DNA of 64,000 nt from Syntrophorhabdaceae bacterium (GTDB lineage Bacteria > Desulfobacterota > Syntrophorhabdia > Syntrophorhabdales > Syntrophorhabdaceae): positions 7,424-71,423 of the forward strand of contig DAOOVB010000007.1 of NCBI GenBank assembly GCA_035369805.1, read 5' to 3'. This document shows, piece after piece, positions 50,206-59,638 of the stretch. The notes beneath the pieces are model-generated. The model was not told where the DNA came from and searched no databases. It was given only the letters and a program-made list of their open reading frames with translations. Within the stretch, counting starts at the first letter, position 1. Each line of letters opens with the position of its first letter. The position numbers and the translations under genes were made by a program.

Positions 50206-51792
50206 ATGACTCAAAATGATCATTCTATAGATGAGAATAAATTCTATCGAGAGGTAACCAAAAGGATCTGTGGAAGCCTTGAAATAGATAAAGCCCTCTG
50301 GAGTTGCCTGCTTTACATCAAAGAGATCATTCCTGCAGACGAACTAATCATGACCGTGTATGACCCCGATGCAAGGACCCTTGACGTAGTTGCTACTGCC
50401 AATATACATGGTGGTGAGTTAAGATCAGACAAGGTTTCCATGCCTGCTCATCTAATAAAACAGCTTGAAGAACCATCAAAATTTCCAAGGGTTAGGATAT
50501 CCAAAGATGTGCTTAAAGATGAGATAGTTGGAAGGGTGGCAGAACAATATAAATGGCCTGATTCATCCATAATTGTTAGCAGACTTATAGTGGAAGATAA
50601 ATTCGTGGGTTCTTTTATTGTTAGGGCAAATGGAAAAGATAGGTATTCCGAACATGATGTCCAATTATGGTCAGCCATAAATGAACCTGCTGCCATTGCC
50701 CTTGCCAATTCGAGGAGATACTTTGAACTTATGCAATTAAAGGAACGCCTTGCAGATGATAGTAAATATTTTCAGAACGAGCTTAGAAGAGGCTTCACAG
50801 AAGAGATAGTGGGCGCAGAATTTGGTTTAAAAGAGGTTATGAATCAGGTCTTAAAGGTGGCACCCCTTTCAAGCCCTGTGCTTTTGTTTGGTGAGACAGG
50901 GACAGGAAAGGAATTGATTGCAAATGCTATACACAATTTTTCTCCGAGAAATAACGGTCCTTTAATAAAAGTGAATTGCGGAGCTATACCAGAAACATTA
51001 ATAGACAGTGAATTGTTCGGTCATGAAAAAGGTGCATTCACAGGGGCATTATTTCAACAAAGAGGTAGGTTTGAGCGGGCACATGGTGGCACTATATTTC
51101 TTGATGAGATAAGCGAATTACCTCTTAATGCACAGGTGCGCCTTCTCAGGGTTATCCAGGAAAAAGAGATAGAAAGGGTTGGTGGCACCCAGTCTATAAA
51201 GGTGGATGTAAGGATTATATCGGCAACAAATAAAGATTTAAAAAGACTCGTAGAAAAAAATCTCTTCAGAGATGATCTCTACTACAGGCTATGTGTAGTA
51301 CCTATAAATATACCACCTTTAAGGGAGAGAAAGGTTGATATACCTGCACTGGTGGAATATTTTATGAGAAAAAAGGCAAAGGAGATCGGTCTCAATTTTA
51401 TCCCAACCCTTACTGAAGGGACACTGGAAAAGCTTATAGAGTATAAATGGCCGGGAAATGTAAGGGAGCTCAGTAATGCTATAGAAAGGGCAATCATAAT
51501 TCATGGAAACAGGCCCCTTGATTTTGAAGACATTATAGGTAAACAGATAAAAGAAGAGCAAAAGAACAAAGAGGTTGCAGGATTGTTAACAAATATAACT
51601 GACCTCTCCATGAAAAATATAGAGATTCAGCATATAATAAACGCGTTGAAAATAGCAGGTGGCAAGGTTGAAGGAAAAGACGGCGCAGCAGCCATACTTG
51701 CTATGAACCCTGCTACCTTGAGAAGCAGGATGAAAAAACTAAGGATACCCTTTGGAAAGGCAGCAAAAGAAGAATATAAAAATAAAAGGTAG
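50206..51792 (+). CDS. sigma-54-dependent transcriptional activator with an N-terminal GAF-like sensor domain
   Basis: AAA+ core with GETGTGKE (Walker A), ESELFGHEKGAFTGA (GAFTGA loop), GGTIFLDEI and RVISATN, plus a C-terminal Fis-type HTH. The N-terminal roughly 170 aa are GAF-like. Confidence 0.9.
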   Translation: MTQNDHSIDENKFYREVTKRICGSLEIDKALWSCLLYIKEIIPADELIMTVYDPDARTLDVVATANIHGGELRSDKVSMPAHLIKQLEEPSKFPRVRISKDVLKDEIVGRVAEQYKWPDSSIIVSRLIVEDKFVGSFIVRANGKDRYSEHDVQLWSAINEPAAIALANSRRYFELMQLKERLADDSKYFQNELRRGFTEEIVGAEFGLKEVMNQVLKVAPLSSPVLLFGETGTGKELIANAIHNFSPRNNGPLIKVNCGAIPETLIDSELFGHEKGAFTGALFQQRGRFERAHGGTIFLDEISELPLNAQVRLLRVIQEKEIERVGGTQSIKVDVRIISATNKDLKRLVEKNLFRDDLYYRLCVVPINIPPLRERKVDIPALVEYFMRKKAKEIGLNFIPTLTEGTLEKLIEYKWPGNVRELSNAIERAIIIHGNRPLDFEDIIGKQIKEEQKNKEVAGLLTNITDLSMKNIEIQHIINALKIAGGKVEGKDGAAAILAMNPATLRSRMKKLRIPFGKAAKEEYKNKR

Positions 51793-51797
51793 AAAAA

Positions 51798-53585
51798 ATG
51801 AAGACTCCAGAACAAATAAAAAGAAGATCCAGAGAAAGAAACACGATTAAAGAAACCTTAAAGGACAGAGAGAAACAATACAGGCTTATCGTTGATACTG
51901 CCGATGAAGGTATATGGGTTTTCGATGAAAACTATATGACCACATTTGTAAACAAAAGAATGGCAGATATGTTGGGATATGAGCCTGAAGAGATGGAGAG
52001 AAAGTGCCTAAAAGACTTTATCCATGAAAAAGATTATCCAGACTTTGAAAAAGAGGCTGCGAGGAGAAGAAAAGGTTTATCAGGAAGATATGAAAGGATG
52101 CTTCGAAAAAAAGATGGGACATTCATGTGGGCATTGGTATCGGCGACGCCCATACTTGATGTAGATAAAAGATTTAAAGGTTCCTTTGCCATGTTTACCG
52201 ACATCACAGAGAGAAAAAAAGCCGAGGAGGCTTTACAATTAAGTGAGGCAAAATATCGAAGCATTTTTGAAAATGCCGTTGAAGGGATATTCCAAAGCAC
52301 CCCTGACGGAAAATTAATAACTGTAAATCCTACAATGGCAAAAATCTTTGGTTATAGCTCCCCAGAGGAGATGTTAAAGAAAGTTGTAAGCATAGGGAGG
52401 CAATTATATGCCTTTTCTGAAGAAAGACACCTCTTTAAAAAGATATTGGAAGAAAAAGGCATTGTAGAGAAATTTGAGGCTCAGTTCAATAAAAAGGATG
52501 GGTCTTTGCTTTGGGGCTCTTTAAATGTAAGGGCTGTTAAGGACGAAGATGGAAATGTTCGATATTACGAAGGGACATTAGAGGACATTACATCCCGTAA
52601 AAAAACTGAAGAAGAATTAAAAAAATCTGAAGAAAAATACAGAAACATCTTTGAAAATGCTGCAGAGGGGATCTTCCAGGTAACACCTGAGGGCAGATAC
52701 CTGAGTATAAACCCTGCCCTTGCAAGAATACACGGATTCTCTTCCCCCCAAGAGATGATGGCCACTGTTACCGATATAGCCCATCAGTTATATGTTGATC
52801 CGAGGAGAAGGGCGGAATTAAAACAGTGCATGGAAAAAGATGGTTTTGTTAAGGATTTTGAAATACTCATGCGAAAAAAGGACTCGAGCCTTCAATGGGT
52901 TTCAGTGACATCACATGCTGTGCGTGATAATCATGGGAACATACTCTATTATGAAGGTATGCTTGTAGATATTACATCAAGAAAACTCTCAGAGGAGGAG
53001 GCGGAAAAACATAAGAAAACACTAAATGGTATGATAGAAACAATATGTAAGGCCATAGAGACAAGAGATCCTGGCTCAAAAGGTCATCAGAGAAGGGTGT
53101 GTTTTCTTGCAAAGGCAATTGCCAAGGAAATGGGTCTTACAAACGATATGATGGAGATAATAGGCATAGCAAGCATGATCCATGATATTGGTAAACTTGT
53201 AATCCCCACGGAGATTCTTAGTAAGCCTGAAAAAGTAAATGAGATTGAATACAGTCTTATAAAAACCCACCCAAAAGAAGGATATGAGATGATAAAAGAT
53301 GCAGGCCTTCCTTCACCTGTTGCAGAAATTGTCCTGCAACACCATGAAAGACTTGATGGCTCTGGATACCCCAATGGTTTAAAAGGTATAGACATACTTT
53401 TAGAGGCTCGAATACTTGCCGTTGCCGATGTTGTAGAGGCAATGACATCTCAGAGACCTTATAGACCAGCTTTTACAATTGAATCAGCAATAAATGAGAT
53501 AAAGCAAGGAAGCGGCATAATATACGACTCGGGTGTTACAGATATATGTATTAAATTGTTGAATAAAAAGGGGTTCAAATTTTAA
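51798..53585 (+). CDS. PAS-domain sensor with C-terminal HD-GYP domain (paralog of 22299-24038)
   Basis: Three PAS/PAC modules and an HD-GYP domain with HDIGKLVIP and HHERLDGSGYPNGLKG. Starts 5 nt after the activator stop codon. Confidence 0.88.
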   Translation: MKTPEQIKRRSRERNTIKETLKDREKQYRLIVDTADEGIWVFDENYMTTFVNKRMADMLGYEPEEMERKCLKDFIHEKDYPDFEKEAARRRKGLSGRYERMLRKKDGTFMWALVSATPILDVDKRFKGSFAMFTDITERKKAEEALQLSEAKYRSIFENAVEGIFQSTPDGKLITVNPTMAKIFGYSSPEEMLKKVVSIGRQLYAFSEERHLFKKILEEKGIVEKFEAQFNKKDGSLLWGSLNVRAVKDEDGNVRYYEGTLEDITSRKKTEEELKKSEEKYRNIFENAAEGIFQVTPEGRYLSINPALARIHGFSSPQEMMATVTDIAHQLYVDPRRRAELKQCMEKDGFVKDFEILMRKKDSSLQWVSVTSHAVRDNHGNILYYEGMLVDITSRKLSEEEAEKHKKTLNGMIETICKAIETRDPGSKGHQRRVCFLAKAIAKEMGLTNDMMEIIGIASMIHDIGKLVIPTEILSKPEKVNEIEYSLIKTHPKEGYEMIKDAGLPSPVAEIVLQHHERLDGSGYPNGLKGIDILLEARILAVADVVEAMTSQRPYRPAFTIESAINEIKQGSGIIYDSGVTDICIKLLNKKGFKF

Positions 53586-53772
53586 ATTGAAGAAGATTTA
53601 AATTCTTCTTAAATCAAAAAAAGAACTATATACAATAATCTTAAAGAGATATACACTGAGCAAGTGACTTTGCCAAAAATCTTTATATTATAAAAGATTA
53701 CACGACTTAGTAAAATTCTATTGAAATCATCTTAAAATTCAGTTAATTTTATGCCGAGAAGAGGGGAATAAT

Positions 53773-54609
53773 TTGCGGGTTATCACTATATCAAGATCTT
53801 ATGGTTCAGCAGGCAGTCTTTTTGGTAAAAAATTAGCTGAAAGATTAAACTTTAAATATGTGGACGACAGCTTTATAAAGTATTTAAGGACAAACAAAGA
53901 AGCAACTGAAGTACTACTCAGAAACCTTGAAGATGAAAAATCCCCTGATATAACCAACAGATTTTCAGAGCTTATTCATAACAAAAGTTATTTCAAGGCT
54001 GCAATAACTGTTGCCCTATATAGCCTCATACTAAAAAGGGATCTTGTAGTAGTGGGTGGAGGCGCACACCTCATCCTTGAAGAATATCCATGTAAAATTA
54101 GACTTATGATCATAAGAGATATAAACGAAAGGATATTTGATATCATGCAGGAAAAAAGCCTATCAGAAGATGATGCCATAGATCTGGTGAATAAAAAGGA
54201 TAAGGAAAAAAAGAGATTTATTGAGTTCTATTTTGATAGGGATATAAATGACCCGTTTTCCTTCGACATAACTTTTAATGCAAGCACTGTAAAACTTGAG
54301 CATGCCCTTGATATTATGGATTTATATTCAGAGCGATTTTTCTCAAGAGTTGACCTGGAAGAGGCAAGGATTTTTGCAGCAAAGAGGCTCCTTGAAAATA
54401 GGGCTAAACTCGCCATCATACACCATGAACTTGCATCAAAGGCAAAGGTAGAATTTGAGGCTCAGGCAGAGAATGTGCTTGTTATAAAAGGTATTGTGGG
54501 TGGAACAAAGGAGAAGGAAAAACTAATCAATACCATTGAAGGACTCAGAGGCATTGGAAAGATTATTGATAAATTAAAAATTGGTACCCTCTCCCGATTA
54601 ATCTATTAA
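53773..54609 (+). CDS. cytidylate kinase-like family protein with a C-terminal BON-like segment
   Basis: VITISRSYGSAGSLFGKKLAERLNFKYVD matches the AAA_28/cytidylate-kinase-like N-terminus. TTG start with GAGGGG 6 nt upstream. Confidence 0.6.
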   Translation: MRVITISRSYGSAGSLFGKKLAERLNFKYVDDSFIKYLRTNKEATEVLLRNLEDEKSPDITNRFSELIHNKSYFKAAITVALYSLILKRDLVVVGGGAHLILEEYPCKIRLMIIRDINERIFDIMQEKSLSEDDAIDLVNKKDKEKKRFIEFYFDRDINDPFSFDITFNASTVKLEHALDIMDLYSERFFSRVDLEEARIFAAKRLLENRAKLAIIHHELASKAKVEFEAQAENVLVIKGIVGGTKEKEKLINTIEGLRGIGKIIDKLKIGTLSRLIY

Positions 54610-54629
54610 TTTGAGAAAAGGTTAGAAAG

Positions 54630-55955
54630 ATGAAGTTAACGACTATATGGATAGCCTCTATTTTTTCTTTAATACCTAATATCTTATTTGCCTCTGGCAG
54701 TGAAACATCCTCTGTTTCTTTTCCTATCTGGACAACAGTTTTTTTTATAATACTTTTGCTATCCATAGCTGTCATGCCTATAATAAACAGTGAATGGTGG
54801 GGAAATAATTACAAATATGTATCCATTTGCCTTGCCATACCAGCTGCCCTGATTGTAATTTTTAAGGATTTTTCCCTGATTCTACATACCATTATGGAAT
54901 ATATATCATTTATTATACTTCTCGGTTCTTTATTTGTAATCTCAGGGGGGATTGTAATAAGGATCTCAGGCAGGGGAAAACCTCTTTTAAACTCTATCAT
55001 ATTACTCATAGGCGCCACATTGGCAAGCTTCATAGGAACAACAGGAGCAAGCATGGTGCTTATAAGACCTCTTATAAAGATAAACAGGTGGCGAAATCAT
55101 GTATCTCATATATTTATATTTTTTATCTTTTTAGTCTGTAATATAGGTGGAGTGTTAACACCACTCGGTGACCCTCCCCTATTTCTTGGGTTCTTAAAAG
55201 GCGTGCCTTTTACCTGGACATTTAAGCTCTTTCCTTTCTGGATTGTTGTTGTTTGCATACTCATCTGTATATTTTATGCTATGGATATGTATTTTGTTAA
55301 AAAAGAACATATAGAAAAAATAACTTCTCCAAAAAAGATTGAGGGGGCTAAAAGACTTGAGGTAAGGGGAAAGGTTAATTTTTTATTACTTGGTGCAGTG
55401 CTCGGTGCATTTTTTCTTCCCAATATAGTAAGGGAACTGGTTATGGTGGCTACTGCAATTATCTCTATTTATTTTACACCGGTTGTCCTTAGGGAAGAAA
55501 ATGGTTTTACATACCATCCCATCATAGAGGTAGCAGTCCTCTTCATTGGTATCTTTATAACCATGATACCTGCCCTTAAGATACTTGAGCTAAACGGTAA
55601 CAAGCTTGGAGTTGATACACCATGGAAATTCTTCTGGGTCACAGGTGTGCTCTCGAGTTTCCTTGATAATGCCCCAACATATCTCGTATTTATGAGCACT
55701 GCAAAAAGTCTTGCGGTTTTGAACAAAATAACAATCGGTCTTGTGGCGGGGGTGCCTGAAATATTCTTAAGGGCCATATCAGTTGGTGCTGTATTTATGG
55801 GCGCCAATACCTATGTAGGTAATGGCCCGAATTTCATGGTAAAGGCTATATGTGAAGAAAACGATATATCCATGCCGTCGTTTTTTAAATATATGGCGTG
55901 GTCGGGAATATTTCTCATTCCAATATTTATAATTATTACATTTATATTTTTTTAA
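54630..55955 (+). CDS. ArsB/NhaD-superfamily permease (sodium:proton antiporter / citrate-transporter-like)
   Basis: 441-aa polytopic membrane protein. The motifs GDPPLFLGFL and SSFLDNAPTYLVF are typical of NhaD/ArsB-type ion transporters. Confidence 0.7.
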   Translation: MKLTTIWIASIFSLIPNILFASGSETSSVSFPIWTTVFFIILLLSIAVMPIINSEWWGNNYKYVSICLAIPAALIVIFKDFSLILHTIMEYISFIILLGSLFVISGGIVIRISGRGKPLLNSIILLIGATLASFIGTTGASMVLIRPLIKINRWRNHVSHIFIFFIFLVCNIGGVLTPLGDPPLFLGFLKGVPFTWTFKLFPFWIVVVCILICIFYAMDMYFVKKEHIEKITSPKKIEGAKRLEVRGKVNFLLLGAVLGAFFLPNIVRELVMVATAIISIYFTPVVLREENGFTYHPIIEVAVLFIGIFITMIPALKILELNGNKLGVDTPWKFFWVTGVLSSFLDNAPTYLVFMSTAKSLAVLNKITIGLVAGVPEIFLRAISVGAVFMGANTYVGNGPNFMVKAICEENDISMPSFFKYMAWSGIFLIPIFIIITFIFF

Positions 55956-56004
55956 GAATTCTTTTTAAAACGCCTTTTAAACTTCAAGATGGCCTCAATC
56001 TATA

Positions 56005-56424
56005 TTACTCGCCGATGATCTTTACAAGTACCCTCTTTCTTCTTCTCCCATCAAATTCTCCGTAAAAAATCTGTTCCCATGGACCGAAATCAAACCTGCC
56101 TCCTGTTATGGCAACAACGACCTCCCTTCCCATGACCTGACGTTTCAGATGGGCATCCCCATTGTCTTCACCAGTTCTATTGTGTCGATACTGATCTATT
56201 GGTTCATGGGGAGCAAGCCTTTCAAGCCATCTATCATAATCCTCATGAAGCCCTGATTCATCATCGTTTATAAAGACAGAGGATGTTATATGCATAGCAT
56301 TTACAAGACACAAACCCTCTTTGATACCGCTTTCCCTTAAACACTCTTCTACTTGAGGTGTTATATTTATAAAAGCCCTTCTCGTAGGCACATGAAACCA
56401 GAGTTCTTTTCGATAACTCTTCAC
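56005..56424 (-). CDS. yjbQ: YjbQ/UPF0047 family protein (secondary thiamine-phosphate synthase)
   Basis: [28 protein letters not shown]...GDNGDAHLK pattern of UPF0047. 139 aa. Confidence 0.85.
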   Translation of the reverse strand: MKSYRKELWFHVPTRRAFINITPQVEECLRESGIKEGLCLVNAMHITSSVFINDDESGLHEDYDRWLERLAPHEPIDQYRHNRTGEDNGDAHLKRQVMGREVVVAITGGRFDFGPWEQIFYGEFDGRRRKRVLVKIIGE

Positions 56425-56537
56425 AATTACCTCCTATTTTTGAAAAAGTTATAAATTGTGCCCTTTTTGCTTGTTTATTCTATCATTACAGAGAATCCCT
56501 ATCAATAATTGAAATTTTATCATCTCAATAAAAAAAT

Positions 56538-58808
56538 CTATCTACCCATCTCGTTGGAATAGAAAATCCTTCTGCCGTCAGTGCATACCCTTATAAATCC
56601 ATTTTCCAGGGTTGATAAAACAGGTATGGAATTAATTCTGTATCTTTTAAGGGTCTCTCTTCCCGGAAGGCCTTTTATGCCTTTTCCCACACTCATCACA
56701 GCAAGTTTTGGTTCAACTGCAAGGATAAATTCCATGGAGCTTGAATTATTGCTGCCATGATGGGGAATCTTCAAAACATCTGCCTTTAGTGGCATATTTT
56801 CCATAATAAGTCTTTTTTCCACATGAGACTCTATATCTCCGGTAAACAAAAATGACGTGTCTCTATATATAATCTTAAAGACGAGCGAGGTATTATTAAG
56901 ATTATCTTCTGTGATTTCTTTAGAAGGGTTAAAAACATGTAAGATCATGCCATTATGGAGTATTAATTTAACTCCCTGTTGCCAATAACTAATATCTATG
57001 TTTTTATCCTTTAATGTCTTTATAATTTCAATAAAACTTTGTTCCTTTATAAAATATCCACCTGTAACGAATGATTTAATATGAAAATTTTTCAGTATAA
57101 AAGGTAGACCGCCAGCATGGTCACTATGGGGATGCGTGTTTATTACATAATCAAGGGTCTTGATCTTTTTAGATAAAAGAATGGGTGTTATGATATATTT
57201 ACCTATATCAAAATCAGATTTATAACCTCCTCCGCCGTCTATTAATATCCTCATGCCTTTGGGTGCTTCAAGAAGCATAGCCTCTCCCATGCCAACATCC
57301 ATGAGATTCAAACAAACATGGTTATTATATCTGTTATCCAAGGCAAGATAAATGTATATTATCAAAAGAGGTGATAGAACAAAATAAAAGACATGTCTAA
57401 CAGTCCTATTGCCTATAAATATTAGAGATAAGGCAACAGCATAAAATAGCAATGCCTCCACCAGGTTAGGTCTTATTATGGGAAAGATATAGCCAAAATC
57501 CAAAAAATTAATGATGGATATATTAATATTGATTATCTCGCCTGCCAACTTTACTAAATACTCACCATAAGGCATAGAAATACCCAACAGACATAATGGA
57601 ATCGAGATCATACACAAAAGGGGGATGGATATTAGATTATGAAGGGTAGAGAACAGATTAACCCCGTAAAAATGGTAGGCCACAACAGGTAATGTGCCTA
57701 TGGTGGCAGATAGGGTTGTCAAAATGGAGATTACAAGCCATTTCAAGGGTTTGAAGCCTGTCTTGATAAGAGGATATACCTTCTTCATTATCAAGACAAT
57801 AAAGACAACGCTTAAAAAAGAAAGCTGAAACGATGGCAAAAAAAGGGAATGAGGATAGATAAGGAGTATAGCAAGGCCGCACAAAGCAATGGTATTCATC
57901 AAATCCCTCTGCCTTTCAAAAAAAACAGAAAGTAAAAATATGGTAACCATGATGGTTGCCCTTATAGTGGAAATACCTGCGCCGGAGATAAGCATAAAGA
58001 TCAAGGGAAATAATATGGTTATAATAGATGCATATTTCTTGTCACTCCCTGAAAGCCTCAAGACCCTGTTTCTACCTAAAAGCCATTTTGTTATAAAAAA
58101 GAAAAAACCTGTAATAATGCCTATGTGGAGACCTGATATGGCAAGTATATGGGATGTCCCTGTCCTCTGGAATAAGGACTTTGTATCTTCATCTATAGAG
58201 GTCTTATCCCCTATTATCAATGCCTTTATTATGGCACCATGTCTTGCCCCTGATTCATTTATCTTATCCTGTATCATCTTACGAATATTTAGAATAACCC
58301 CCTTTCCTTCTTGAACCCCTGTTATATCCCCTTTAATTTCATAGTGGATACCTTCAAGTTTTTTAATCCATTTCCATGATGTCATATATGGATTTTTAAA
58401 TGTCTCGTGAAGTTCGGTAATACTACCAAAGACCCTTATCCTGTCACCTATATTCAAGTCCCTATCGGTTCTCAAGACTGCATGAATACCCTTAAATATA
58501 TCCGGATTTGAGAGCTTCAAAACCTTAATATTTTTAGAAGTCTCCGCCAACTTACCTTCAAATATAAATCTCTCATTGTTAACATTTATGTCACCGGCAC
58601 CTTTAACAAGAATATTGATACGAATCATACCTATGAGGCAAAGGCAGATAAAAATCAAAAAAACACAGATTCTTCTGTATCTGGTAAGAAAAAAAGGTGC
58701 TACAGATGCAATTGCAAGGACAGATAGGCAGAGATATTTTAATGAATAATCATAAAAGACACCTAAATATATACCCAGGGTAAAACAGAGAACAGCAATT
58801 ATGAACAA
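56538..58808 (-). CDS. comEC: DNA internalization-related competence protein ComEC/Rec2
   Basis: Polytopic competence domain (TGTSHILAISGLHIG) and a C-terminal metallo-beta-lactamase domain (NTHPHSDHAGG, PHHGS). TTG start overlapping the upstream gene. Confidence 0.88.
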   Translation of the reverse strand: MFIIAVLCFTLGIYLGVFYDYSLKYLCLSVLAIASVAPFFLTRYRRICVFLIFICLCLIGMIRINILVKGAGDINVNNERFIFEGKLAETSKNIKVLKLSNPDIFKGIHAVLRTDRDLNIGDRIRVFGSITELHETFKNPYMTSWKWIKKLEGIHYEIKGDITGVQEGKGVILNIRKMIQDKINESGARHGAIIKALIIGDKTSIDEDTKSLFQRTGTSHILAISGLHIGIITGFFFFITKWLLGRNRVLRLSGSDKKYASIITILFPLIFMLISGAGISTIRATIMVTIFLLSVFFERQRDLMNTIALCGLAILLIYPHSLFLPSFQLSFLSVVFIVLIMKKVYPLIKTGFKPLKWLVISILTTLSATIGTLPVVAYHFYGVNLFSTLHNLISIPLLCMISIPLCLLGISMPYGEYLVKLAGEIININISIINFLDFGYIFPIIRPNLVEALLFYAVALSLIFIGNRTVRHVFYFVLSPLLIIYIYLALDNRYNNHVCLNLMDVGMGEAMLLEAPKGMRILIDGGGGYKSDFDIGKYIITPILLSKKIKTLDYVINTHPHSDHAGGLPFILKNFHIKSFVTGGYFIKEQSFIEIIKTLKDKNIDISYWQQGVKLILHNGMILHVFNPSKEITEDNLNNTSLVFKIIYRDTSFLFTGDIESHVEKRLIMENMPLKADVLKIPHHGSNNSSSMEFILAVEPKLAVMSVGKGIKGLPGRETLKRYRINSIPVLSTLENGFIRVCTDGRRIFYSNEMGR

Positions 58809-59551
58809 GCTTCCCTAATGCCTTCTAAAAATGCACGGACATTAATACCCAAGTCAGGGACATAATATCCACCCTCCAGTATGGAAAAGACATTGGAGTT
58901 AGAAGAGGCAAGCATATTCCCTATGGTTCTAAAATCTTCTGTTGTAAGGAGCGCACCCCAGTCTTTGATGTATGTGTCAAAGCCGGCAGAGCAACCTACA
59001 ACATCAAACTGGTCGGCATCTTTCAGGGAATCTTCCAGGTCTCTCATAAAATTACCCCTTGGATAAGCATCTATATTTCTAAACCTTATTCTTTCATCGC
59101 CTTTTAATATATCATAGGTGCCGTTTCCATAATGGAGGTCTATATCTACAATTAGGGCTGTATTGATCTTCCCATCTTTCAAGAGTTTCTTTATGGCTAT
59201 TGCCATATTGTTGAAGAAACAAAAACCTCCGTTGAAATTATACCCTGCATGATGTCCAGGGGGTCTAATAAGGGCAAATGATGGCATATTTAGGCTAATC
59301 TCTGATGCTTTTATTGCCCCACCTACTGATTTTTTTGCCACATAATATACGTCTTCTTTTCTCCGCACAGACTCTATAAGCTCATCGCTGTGGCATAATC
59401 TTAGGTCATCTATTGTGCATGGTTCAGGTTCGATAATATCTGCCATATCCATTATCTTAAAATAGATTGAGGAGATCCTATCTGGGTTTTCACAATCCAC
59501 TGTGTAATAATCGGTATAAAAATCCTCACTGTAAACAACCGGTATCTTCAT
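58799..59551 (-). CDS. compact histone deacetylase / acetylpolyamine amidohydrolase family protein
   Basis: RPPGHHA, DIDLHYGNGT, SAGFDTYIKD and EGGYY align with the HDAC charge-relay, Zn-ligand and catalytic-Tyr motifs. Only 250 aa. Confidence 0.78.
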   Translation of the reverse strand: MKIPVVYSEDFYTDYYTVDCENPDRISSIYFKIMDMADIIEPEPCTIDDLRLCHSDELIESVRRKEDVYYVAKKSVGGAIKASEISLNMPSFALIRPPGHHAGYNFNGGFCFFNNMAIAIKKLLKDGKINTALIVDIDLHYGNGTYDILKGDERIRFRNIDAYPRGNFMRDLEDSLKDADQFDVVGCSAGFDTYIKDWGALLTTEDFRTIGNMLASSNSNVFSILEGGYYVPDLGINVRAFLEGIREACS

Positions 59552-59638
59552 GCGTATTTTTTAAAACATTAGAAACAGGATAGTCAATAAAAAAAGGGCA
59601 TAATTTATTTTTGCGCTTTCTTCCAAATTATCTTTTTT

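Noticed and set aside
53589-53625. AAGAAGA-tttaaat-TCTTCTT hairpin after the HD-GYP gene, considered as a terminator
   Set aside because: The A/U-rich 7-bp stem is followed by an A-run rather than a T-run on the transcribed strand, so this is not a convincing intrinsic terminator.
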